Part shown: piece by piece, positions 49,831-61,100 of the stretch
Layout of the letters: every line of letters starts with the position of its first letter
Position numbering within the stretch: the stretch's first letter is position 1
Notes under the pieces: generated by a model
Database searches by the model: none
Seen by the model: only the letters and a program-made list of their open reading frames with translations
What the model was told of the DNA's origin: nothing
Assembly (NCBI RefSeq): GCF_032444005.1
Contig: NC_091288.1
Span: 172,732,001-172,796,000 of the forward strand
Origin: Ranitomeya imitator
Taxonomy: Eukaryota
Direction of reading: 5' to 3'
DNA length: 64,000 nucleotides
Made by a program: the position numbers and the translations under genes

Positions 49831-50501
49831 GGCGCTTTTCGCGTCATTGAAACGCGACTTTGGCGCGAAAGTCGCGTACCGCATGGCCGACCCCGCACAG
49901 GGGTCGGATCGGGTTTCATGAAACCCCGACTTAGCCAAAAGTCGGCGACTTTTGAAAATGTTCGACCCGTTTCGCTCAACCCTAATCATAAGGCATCATT
50001 GAAAAGGCATTTACAAAACCAATAATGAGACAGAGATGTATAGCCTGAATGGTATATTTAAAATACATACTTTGTTAGCAAAAAAATCAATTACTACATA
50101 TAGTAAAAGGTAATATACAGTGCCTTGCGAAAGTATTCGGCTCCCTGGAACTTTTCAACCTTTTCCCACATATCATGCTTCAAACATAAAGATACCAAAT
50201 GTAATTTTTTGGTGAAGAATCAACAAGTGGAACACAATTGTGAAGTTGAACTAAATTTAATGGCTATTTTAAATTTTTGTGGAAATTCAAAACCTGAAAA
50301 GTGGGGCGTGCAATATTATTCGGCCCCTTTACTTTCAGTGCAGCAAACTCACTCCAGAAGATCATTGTGGATCTCTGAATGATCCAATGTTGTCCTAAAT
50401 AATAATAATAATAATCTTTATTTATTTAGCGCCTACATATTCCGCAGCGCTTTACAGCTTAACAGTTTCAAACACAACAGTCATAAGTAATAACGTTAGC
50501 A

Positions 50502-53500
50502 CAGAGGCGTAGCTAGAGCTTTTGCCGCCCGGGGCTGTTCCCGAGTTTGGCGCCCCCCCCCCCTTCCCGTCTCAATACACACAAAGGTTCCCAAAAACGG
50601 TTTTCCTGTTTTGTAGAACTTAAACTGGGCCTAATGGTGTCACCCCCACATGCCACACCTGTGACTTAATACCACCACACCATGACCAGGCCACATAGTG
50701 ACCGAATAATACTACATACAAGGGACAAATACCACAACACCATTTCCAGACCACATATTACCACCACATAGTGACTGAATACTACAATACTGATCAGTAA
50801 TAAAAAAAAAAACCACAATACTATCACCATAAGTGCCAGTATTCACAGGAGATCTGTACTTAGTATGCAGTATCTGTGTAGAGGTAATACAGAGATCACT
50901 GGTGACATTATACACAGGACCTCTATATAGTATACAGTGTATAGTGTCAGTGTATAGGTAACACTGACTCACCAGTGACGTCTCTAGGTGAAGTCCTTCA
51001 TCTTTCATCCAGCACAGACCGCCATCATTCCTTCCAGCCAGGACTCGTTTCTGCAGGAAATAACACAGTTATCTCGAGCTCCGCTTGCAGAACACATTAC
51101 TTAATTTTTCACAAGTTCTACATTACATCACATGAAGAAAAAAAGGTGATATAGTGTCACTCTGCACAGTAACAGGACCGCCCCCCCATTTAAAACAGTA
51201 TACTCAAAAAATAAAATAAATACATCACTGCAGTAATAATATCCCTTAATTAGCCCCTATGGTAATAATATTCCCCACCCTGGCCCCGTTTCTCATTCCT
51301 GGCTCCAGCCATATGTTCTCGCATCCTGCCCTCATGAGTATCCATTCTACCCCATATGATCTCCACATCCTGCCCCACCAGCCTCCATCGTATCCGTCCT
51401 GCCCCATGATCCAATCCTGCCCCGTGTCTCCAATCATGCCCCGTATCTACATTCTGCCCATGCCTCAAGTCCTGCCCCCAGTGTGTCCAGCATATTACCC
51501 CCATGTTGTCCAGCAATCTGCCCCAGTGTGTCCAGCATATTACCCCCATGTTGTCCAGCAATCTGCCCCAGTGTGTCCAGCATATTACCCCCAGTGTGTC
51601 CAGCAATCTGCCCCAGTATGTCCAGCACTGCCCCCAGTGTGTCCAGCAATCTGCCCCAGTGTCCAGCCTTTCCCCAGTGTGTCCAGCAGTCTGCCCCAGT
51701 GTGTCCAGCATATTACCCCCAGTGTCCAGCATTGCCCCAGTGTGTCCAGCATATTACCCCCAGTGTGTCCAGCAATCTGCCCCAGTGTCCAGCATTGCCC
51801 CAGTGTGTCCAGAAGTCTGCCCCAGGGTCTCCAGCATTGCCTCAATGTGTCCAGAAATCTGCCCCAGGGTCTCCAGTATTGCCCCAGTGTGTCCAGCATT
51901 CTGCCCCATGGTCTCCAGTATTTCCCCAGTGTGTCCAGCATTCTGCCCCATGGTCTCCAGTATTGCCCCAGTGTGTCCAGCAATCTGCCCCATGGTCTCC
52001 TGTATTGCCCCAGTGTGTCCAGCATTCTGCCCCATGGTCTCCAGTATTGCCCCAGTGTGTCCAGCAATCTGCCCCATGGTCTCCTGTATTGCCCCAGTGT
52101 GTCCAGCATTCTGCCACATGGTCTCCTGTATTGCCCCAGTGTGTCCAGCATTCTGCCCCATGGTCTCCAGTATTGCCCCAGTGTGTCCAGCAATCTGCCC
52201 CATGGTCTCCTGTATTGCCCCAGTGTGTCCAGCAATCTGCCCCATGGTCTCCTGTATTGCCCCAGTGTGTCCAGCATTCTGCCACATGGTCTCCTGTATT
52301 GCCCCAGTGTGTCCAGCATTCTGCCCCATGGTCTCCTGTATTGCCCCAGTGTGTCCAGCAATCTGCCCCATGGTCTCCAGTATTGCCCCAGTGTGTCCAG
52401 CAATCTGCCACATGGTCTCCTGTATTGCCCCAGTGTGTCCAGCATTCTGCCACATGGTCTCCTGTATTGCCCCAGTGTGTCCAGCAATCTGCCCCATGGT
52501 CTCCAGTATTGCCCCAGTGTGTCCAGCAATCTGCCCCATAGTCTCCCGTATTGCCCCAGTGTGTCCAGCAATCTGCCCCATGGTCTCATGTATTGCCCCA
52601 GTGTGTCCAGCATTCTGCCCCATGGTCTCCAGTATTGCCCCAGTGTGTCCAGCAATCTGCCCCATGGTCTCCTGTATTGCCCCAGTGTGTCCAGCAATCT
52701 GCCCCATGGTCTCATGTATTGCCCCAGTGTGTCCAGCAATCTGCCCCATGGTCTCCTGTATTGCCCCAGTGTGTCCAGCAATCTGCCCCATGGTCTCCTG
52801 TATTGCCCCAGTGTGTCCAGCATTCTGCCACATGGTCTCCTGTATTGCCCCAGTGTGTCCAGCAATCTGCCCCATGGTCTCCAGTATTGCCCCAGTGTGT
52901 CCAGCAATCTGCCCCATAGTCTCCCGTATTGCCCCAGTGTGTCCAGCAATCTGCCCCATGGTCTCATGTATTGCCCCAGTGTGTCCAGCATTCTGCCCCA
53001 TGGTCTCCAGTATTGCCCCAGTGTGTCCAGCAATCTGCCCCATGGTCTCCTGTATTGCCCCAGTGTGTCCAGCAATCTGCCCCATGGTCTCATGTATTGC
53101 CCCAGTGTGTCCAGCAATCTGCCCCATGGTCTCATGTATTGCCCCAGTGTGTCCAGCAATCTGCCCCATGGTCTCCAGTATTGCCCCAGTGTGTCCAGCA
53201 TTGCCCCAGCCCCAGACAGTCAGACATAAAGAAAAAAAAAAAAAAGTAAAATCCTCACCTCTCCCGTTCCTAGCGCAGGTCCAGTGCAGTCAGCGTCTCT
53301 CCGGCTCTGCGACCCTCAGGACAGAGAGGCAGAGCGGCGCGCACAGTAGTGACGTCATCGCGCCCTCTGCTCTGAGACGTCGCAGAGTCAGAGGACGCTG
53401 CAGCTGCCGGCACCGCAGGAACCAGGAGAGGTGAGTATAGAGCGGGGGGCGGGGTCCGGTGGTGGGGGGAGCTGGCCCTGGTCGTGGCGGCGGACGGCGC

Positions 53501-53617
53501 CGCCCGAAGATTTAAAGGGGCGTCTTTTTTTTTTCTTCTCCTGCAGCGCCGGCCGCCCCCCGCATTGTGCCGCCCGGGGCGGACCGCCCCCCCCGCACCC
53601 CCCTTCCTACGCCACTG
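50502..53617. mobile_element. Non-autonomous hAT, 3116 bp, carrying a 42-bp minisatellite
   Basis: TIRs CAGAGGCGTAG / CTACGCCACTG; perfect 8-bp TSD CGTTAGCA at 50494-50501 and 53618-53625. Confidence 0.92.
51480..53210. repeat. Minisatellite: irregular 21-24 bp units maturing into a 42-bp unit (CCCCAGTGTGTCCAGCAATCTGCCCCATGGTCTCCTGTATTG), about 31 copies
   Basis: 14-aa periodicity in the ORF track; unit directly visible. Confidence 0.97.
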
Positions 53618-53846
53618 CGTTAGCAATACAATAATTAAAGCAAAATAAGACGACCCTGCTCGTGAGAGCTTACAATCTACAATGAGGTGGGGGAGATACA
53701 AAGTACAGGTGTGCATTTACAATGATGTATTTACAATGATGGTCCAGCCATCTTCAGGGGGTGGGGGATAGATGGGGACAGTGAATGGGCTACACACACA
53801 CACAAACATAACATGACTTTGATTAGGGAATGTCATAGGCCGCTCT

Positions 53847-56800
53847 TTACAAATGTATTTTGAGGGAGCGCCTAAAACTATGTAAATTGTTGATGGTCCT
53901 AATATCTTGGGGTAGAGCATTCCAGAGGATTGGCGCAGTGCGGGAGAAGTCTTGGAGTCGGGAGTGGGAGGTACGGATTAGTGCAGAGGTTAGTCGAAAG
54001 TCATTTGCAGAGCGCAGAGGTTGGTTAGGCCGATAGACCGAAATGAGGGAGGAGATGTAAGGGGGTGCCGCACTGTGGAGAGCTTTGTGGGTGAGAACAA
54101 GTACTTTGAATTGTATCCTGTAATGAATAGGCAGCCAGTGTAACGACTGACAAAGAGCAGATGCGTCCGAGTAACGATTAGCTAGATGGACAACCCTGGC
54201 TGCTGCATTTAGGATAGACTGGAGAGGGGAAAGTCGAGTGAGGGGGAGGCCAACTAATAGAGCATTACAGTAGTCCAGGCGGGAGTGGATCAAGGCGACA
54301 GTGAGGGTTTTGTTGTTTCCATGGTGAGAAAAGGATGGATTCTAGAGATGTTCTTTAGGTGTAAGTGGCATGAGCGGGCAAGAGTCAAACATTGGAGTCA
54401 AACATAACACCCAGACAGCGCGCCTGTTGCCAGGGTGTTATTATGGTGCCACCTACGGAGAGGGAAATGTCAGATTTATGGAGGGTGGTAGATGGCGGGA
54501 GCAGAAGAAGTTCAGTTTTGGAGAGGTTGAGTTTCAGATAGAGAGCGGACATGATGTTGGAGACTGTGGACAGACAGTCACTGGCGTTCTGTAGTACAGC
54601 GAGAGTAAGGTCAGAGGATGATGTGTCTAGTTGTGTGTCATCAGCATAAAGATGGTACTGAAAGCCAAATCTACTAATGGTCTGTCCAATTGGGGCCGTG
54701 TAGAGGGAGAAGAGAAGGGGGCCAAAGACTGAGCCCTGAGGTACCCCGACAGTGAGAGGAAGAGGAGATGAAGTGGAGTCAGAGAGCAGAACACTGAAGG
54801 AGCAGTCAGAAAGATAGGAGGAGAACCAGGAGAGAGCAGTGTCCTTAATGCCTAGAGAGTAGGAGAGGGTGGTCAACAGTGTCAAAAGCTGCAGACAGGT
54901 CGAGAAGAATGAGCAGAGAGTAGTCACCGTTACATTTTGCTGTCAGAAGGTCATTGGTCACCTTGATGAGTGCCGTTTCTGTCGAATGTAGGGGACGGAA
55001 ACCAGACTGTGAAGGGTCTAGGAGGGAATGAGTGGAGATGTAACGGGTACGGCGGGAGTAGATCAGGCGCTCCAAGAGTTTGAGATGAAGGGGAGATTGG
55101 AGACTGGTCTGTAGTTGTTTGTGCAGGATGGGTCGAGGGTGGGTTTCTTTAGTAATGGAGTAATGATAGAGTGTTTGAAGGAGGAGGGGAAAATGCCAGA
55201 GGAGAGGGAGAGATTAAAGATTGTAGTTAGGTGAGTTGTGACTACTGGAAAGAGAGGCTGGAGGAGATGTGAGGGAATGGGGTCGGTAGTGCATGTAGTC
55301 GGACGAGAAGAAGAGAGGAGCCTGGAGCCTTCTTCTTCTGTGATGGGATCGAATGTGGAGAGTGAGCCAGGGGAAATGCAGGGCTGTTTTACTCTGTGCT
55401 TGGAGTTTCTGAGGGTGAGGGGCGCTACTTGGTCCAGGGTGCTTCTAAGAGTGTCATTGTAGTGATGTACAGCCAGATCAGGACAGGAAAAAGAGGAGAT
55501 TGGGGACAATGATGAGGGAAGGGAGTCTGAAAGTGAGTGAGGGTTGATAGCATGTAGATTTCTGAATGTGTGGTAGGTAGGAGGGTGCTGGGGTGGGCGA
55601 GGAATTGTGAGTGTGAAGGAGAGAATGTTGTGGTCAGAGAGGAAAAGCGGTGAGTTATCTTGATAAGAGATTGAACAGAGCCAGATGAAGACCAGGTCAA
55701 GGGTGTTACCATCTTTGTGTGTTTCAGAGGTTGAGAGCTGTGAGAGGACTAGGGAAGTGGTTAGTGATCTGGGATGCAGATGTAGAAGTGGGGCTGTTTA
55801 TGGGGATGTTGAAGTCTCCCAGAATAAGGGTTGGGAGTTCTGAGGACATGAAGTGCGGCAGCCAGGCAGAGAAATGGTCCAGGAAGTGGGTGGGTGAGCC
55901 TGGGAGCCGGTATATGACCGTTACTCTGAGGAAGAGGGGACGAAAGAGCCTGATAGTGTGGACCTCAAAAGAAGGGAATGAGAGTGATGGAGCTGGGGGG
56001 ATGACCTGGAAAGTGCTTTGTGGGGACAAGAGTATGCCGACTCCACCACCATGTCTGTTAGTAGGTCTCGGGGAATGTGAGAATTGTAAGCCACCATGGG
56101 AAATGGCAGCAGGAGAGACAATGTCGGAATCCTGAATCCAGGTTTCCGTGAGGGCCAATGTTGTGAATTCTGTGGTCGAGCACCCTCCTGTGGTCACAAG
56201 TGGTACTTCGGCTGATTCTGTCTATGGGCTTCCGTTGGTGGATGTGAGTGGTACTGCGGCTTCGTAGTTTCCTTCCTCAGGTGATGAGGTTAACTCGTTA
56301 GGTGCTGCTCTATTTAACTCCACCTAGTGCTTTGATCCTGGCCTCCAGTCAATATTCTAGTGTTGGTCTTGCTTCCTCCTGGATCGTTCCTGTGGCCTGT
56401 CTGCCCAGCATAAGCTAAGTTCTGCTTGTGTTACTTTTGTTTGCTATATTTTCTGTCCAGCTTGCTATATTGGTTTTTCTTGCTTGCTGGAAGCTCTGAG
56501 ACGCAGAGGGAGCACCTCCGTACTGTTAGTCGGTGCGGAGGGTCTTTTTGCCCCTCTGCGTGGTTGTTTGTAGGTTTTTGTGTTGACCGCAAAGCTATCT
56601 TTCCTATCCTCGGTCTATTCAGTAAGTCGGGCCTCACTTTGCTAAATCTATTTCATCTCTGTGTTTGTATTTTCATCTTAACTCACAGTCATTATATGTG
56701 GGAGGCTGCCTTTTCCTTTGGGGAATTTCTCTGAGGCAAGGTAGGCTTATTTTTCTATCTTCAGGGCTAGCTAGTTTCTCAGGCTGTGCCGAGTTGCATA

Positions 56801-57262
56801 GGGAGCGTTTGGCGCAATCCACGGCTACCTCTAGTGTGGTGTGATAGGATTAGGGATTGCGGTCAGCAGAGTTCCCACGTCTCAGAGCTCGTCCTATGTT
56901 TTTTGGTTATTGTCAGGTCACTTTGTGTGCTCTGAACTTCAAGGTCCATTGTGGTTCTGAATTACCTATTCATAACAGGCCAATAAATTAAGAGAGTTTT
57001 TCAGAAAGTAATTGTGTACGAAAGGAAGCTTGTTACATACAGACCGTGGATTCCAAAGGGCACAATTAAAAGGAGATGAAGGAGTGCAAATAATATTAGT
57101 AAGATTATTAAGGTTTCGATGTGAGGTAGGGTAGGGGTTGAGGTTGGGGGATGGTGGACCAGGGCTGGGGGAGATGTCCCCTGAAATCAGTAGGAGTAGG
57201 AAGATAAAGAGCAAGTAGTTTTTGTAATTGTCTGAAGTTTTTTGTGCAGTGTGTTTGGGCAA
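53847..57262 (-). pseudogene. L2 ORF2 (endonuclease-reverse transcriptase), frameshifted and split by a solo LTR
   Basis: ORF pieces at 56966-57262, 55724-56197, 55063-55509, 54845-55075, 54385-54927 and 53847-54293 are collinear. Confidence 0.92.
56159..56977 (+). mobile_element. Solo LTR, 819 bp
   Basis: TGTTGTGAA…TTCATAACA inverted termini; GGCCAA duplicated at 56153-56158 and 56978-56983. Confidence 0.9.
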
Positions 57263-58161
57263 GATGGGCTGCGGTTTTTCAGGAATGTGAGAAGTGCATG
57301 GGAGCTATACATGGGAGAGGGAAGGAGTGAGGAGCTGTGTATATGAGTCGTGATGGAGGGGGGATGGGCTGTGAATGTGGACTGCAAGGGAACATAGGAG
57401 GATAGGAATAAAGCACATGGATAGAAGGGAGAGCAGAGTGTTGGTTACCTGACTCCTGCCCTGACTAACTGCCATGGAATAACTGCTGTATCATGACGCT
57501 TATCTTCATGACGCTTTGCTTCAGGATGCTTGCGTGCACCCCCACATGCATGCACCCCTAAGGATGTTTCTAAATTTATAGTTCAGAATGCTGGGTCAGA
57601 AGAGATGGATTGTGGGCACTGATTGGAGATAATTTGGCAGCTAGGGCTAGCACACCAAGGGTGATTAAATGATCAAACACATTGTGGCTTGCAACATCTA
57701 TATGCTATAACACCTTCAACAAGATGATATCTAGAGTGACCACAGTCATGGGTATACATCAAACAGTGAGTAAAACGTACAATGCAACAAATGAATTATA
57801 CCAATCATTAAGCAGGCGCATTAAAATATGTTGCTAGAAGGTAGAGTGGCAGATGACAGACAGCAGACAGCAAGCAGGGGGAATTTTTACCATTAGAGTC
57901 TATTGCAGCAGATGAGACCGGAATCAGAGGTGGGAAGTTGTACCATTTGAATATATTGCAGGAGACAGCAAGCAGAGGGAATTTTTACCTGTGTGAAGAG
58001 AGAAGATGGATTTTAGTTCTGTGCCATGGAATAACTGTTGTATAACGACGCTAAATGCCTAATGATGATAAATATAATCCACCTGTGTGTAATCAAGTCT
58101 CCGTATAAATGCACCTGCTCTGTGATAGTCTCAGGGTTCTGTTTGAAGCACAAAGAGCATC

Positions 58162-61100
58162 ATGAAGACCAAGGAACACAACAGGCTGGTCCATGATACT
58201 TTTGTGGAGAAGTTTAAAGCCGGATTTGGACACAAAATGATTTCCAAAACTTTAAACATCCCAAGGAGCACTGTGCAAGAGATCATATTGAAATGGAAGG
58301 AGTATCATAACACTGCAAATCTACCAAGACCCGGCCGTCCCTCTAAACTTTCATCTCAAACAAGGAGAAGACTGATCAGAGATGCAGCCAAGAGGCCCAT
58401 GATCACTCTGGATGAACTGAAGAGATCTACAGCTGAGGTGGAACAGTCTGTCCATAGGACAATAATCAGTCATATGCTGTGCAAAAAAGAAAAAAAAAAA
58501 AAAAAGAGCATGAACCGCACATCCCAAAATCATACGTTGATCTAAAGCCGCTAGGCAAAAATTAATATAACTGAATATGAGGTTTTCAGTTTAACATTCT
58601 GATCAGACTGTATGAAGCCCACTGCCCCTTCACGGCAAACCTCGTAGTGGGTCCTAACGCTCTAACGGAGCGGAGCCGTGCAGCGCCCACCGCCACAGCG
58701 GCCATGCACCAGCAGGGCGGACGGCCTGTTGCCCCACAGCACCCATGCTGCAAGACTGAGTCCCCAAGACTCCAGACCGTGCCACCCCACCAGCACAAAG
58801 CAACAGCAACAATGGCCGCCACACAGCACCAACACCAAAATGAAAGGAGCACTTAAACTCACCTTCCTCCAGCTCTTCAGTGAGAGCCAAAATGGGCTAG
58901 ACCCCTTACTTTGCAGTCTCCTGCTAATTAAAATCACCTGAGCCAAATGGGAGGAGTGCTGGTCCAAGAAGAAGACTAGAACATGCTTTGCAAAAAAGAA
59001 AAAAAAAAAAAAGAGCATGAACCGCACATCCCAAAATCATACGTTGATCTAAAGCCGCTAGGCAAAAATTAATATAACTGAATATGAGGTTTTCAGTTTA
59101 ACATTCTGATCAGACTGTATGAAGCCCACTGCCCCTTCACGGCAAACCTCGTAGTGGGTCCTAACGCCCTAACGGAGCGGAGCCGTGCAGCGCCCACCGC
59201 CACAGCGGCCATGCACCAGCAGGGCGGACGGCCTGTTGCCCCACAGCACCCATACTGCAAGACTGAGTCCCCAAGACTCCAGACCGCGCCACCCCACCAG
59301 CACAAAGCCACAGCAACAATGGCCGCCACACAGCACCAACACCAAAATGAAAGGAGCACTTAAACTCACCTTCCTCCAGCTCTTCAGTGAGAGCCAAAAT
59401 GGGCTAGACCCCTTACTTTGCAGTCTCCTGCTAATTAAAATCACCTGAGCCAAATGGGAGGAGTGCTGGTCCAAGAAGAAGACTAGAACATGCTTTGCAA
59501 AAAAGAAAAAAAAAAAAAAAAGAGCATGAACCGCACATCCCAAAATCATACGTTGATCTAAAGCCGCTAGGCAAAAATTAATATAACTGAATATGAGGTT
59601 TTCAGTTTAACATTCTGATCAGACTGTATGAAGCCCACTGCCCCTTCACGGCAAACCTCGTAGTGGGTCCTAACGCCCTAACGGAGTGGAGCTGTGCAGC
59701 GCCCACCGCCACAGCGGCCATGCACCAGCAGGGCGGACGGCCTGTTGCCCCACAGCACCCATGCTGCAAGACTGAGTCCCCAAGACTCCAGACCGCGCCA
59801 CCCCACCAGCACAAAGCCACAGCAAACAATGGCCGCCACACAGCACCAACACCAAAATGAAAGGAGCACTTAAACTCACCTTCCTCCAGCTCTTCAGTGA
59901 GAGCCAAAATGGGCTAGACCCCTTACTTTGCAGTCTCCTGCTAATTAAAATCACCTGAGCCAAATGGGAGGAGTGCTGGTCCAAGAAGAAGACTAGATCA
60001 TGCTTTGCAAAAAAGAAAGAAAAAAAAAAAAAAAAAAAGAGCATGAACCGCACATCCCAAAATCATATGTTGATCTAAAGCCGCTAGGCAAAAATTAATA
60101 TAACTGAATATGAGGTTTTCAGTTTAACATTCTGATCAGACTGTATGAAGCCCACTGCCCCTTCACGGCAAACCTCGTAGTGGGTCCTATCGCCCTAACG
60201 GAGCGGAGCCGTGCGGCGCCCACCGCCACAGCGGCCATGCACCAGCAGGGCGGACGGCCTGTTGCCCCACAGCACCCATGCTGCAAGACTGAGTCCCCAA
60301 GACTCCAGACCGCGCCACCCCACCAGCACAAAGCCACAGCAACAATGGCCGCCACACAGCACCAACACCAAAATGAAAGGAGCACTTAAACTCACCTTCC
60401 TCCAGCTCTTCAGTGAGAGCCAAAATGGGCTAGACCCCTTACTTTGCAGTCTCCTGCTAATTAAAATCACCTGTGCATGGGTGCTGTGGGGCAACAGGCC
60501 GTCCGCCCTGCTGGTGCATGGCCGCTGTGGCGGTGGGCGTCGCACGGCTCCGCTCCGTTAGGGCGATAGGACCCACTACGAGGTTTGCCGTGAAGTGGCA
60601 GTGGGCTTCATACAGTCTGATCAGAATGTTAAACTGAAAACCTCATATTCAGTTATATTAATTTTTGCCTAGCGGCTTTAGATCAACGTATGATTTTGGG
60701 ATGTGCGGTTCATGCGCTTTTTTTTCTTTTTTGCAAAGCATGTTCTAGTCTTCTTCTTGGACCAGCACTCCTCCCATTTGGCACAGGTGATTCTAATTAG
60801 CAGGAGACTGCAAAGTAAGGGGTCTAGCCCATTTTGGCTCTCACTGAAGAGCTGGAGGAAGGTGAGTTTAAGTGCTCCTTTCATTTTGGTGTTGGTGGTG
60901 TGTGGCAGCCATTGTTGCTGTGGCTTTGTGCAGGGGGGTGGCGCGGTCTGGAGTCATGGGGACTCAGTCTTGCAGCATGGGTGCTGTGGGGCAACAGGCC
61001 GTCCGCCCTGTAGGTGCATGGCCGCTGTGGCGGTGGGCGCCGCACGGCTCAGCTCCGTTAGGGCGATAGGACCCACTACGAGGTTTGCCGTGAAGTGGCA

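Larger units (their letters stand above)
34839..49984 (-). mobile_element. Full-length, apparently autonomous hAT transposon, 15,146 bp
   Basis: TIRs TAGAGTTGAGCGA / TCGCTCAACCCTA; perfect 8-bp TSD ATCATAAG at 34831-34838 and 49985-49992; intact transposase; empty site at 22992. Confidence 0.97.
50401..58050 (-). mobile_element. Near full-length degenerate L2 LINE with two nested insertions
   Basis: (ATT)n tail at 50401; TSD CTAAAT at 50395-50400 and 58051-58056; APE (LALTETW, LGDFN), RT (GVPQGS, YADDTQL) and C-terminal fragments. Confidence 0.92.

Noticed and set aside
51259-53434. Long ORFs of 656, 643, 538 and 471 aa resembling Cys/Pro-rich structural proteins
   Set aside because: They are translations of a stop-poor 42-bp minisatellite, open on both strands, inside a TSD-flanked non-autonomous hAT.
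58530-58615. Resemblance of the unit to U2, U7, U1 or vault RNA pieces (TCAGTTTAA…TCTGAT, GGCTTTAGATCAA, AATTTTTG)
   Set aside because: Matches are short, the two U2-like pieces are on opposite strands, and no full snRNA fold can be built.
58610-58700. Canonical HDV-like or twister ribozyme
   Set aside because: The HDV fold lacks the L3 CC / GG P1.1 pair and P4; the twister fold lacks a correctly placed P2 partner and L1 UAA. Kept only as a structured-RNA candidate.
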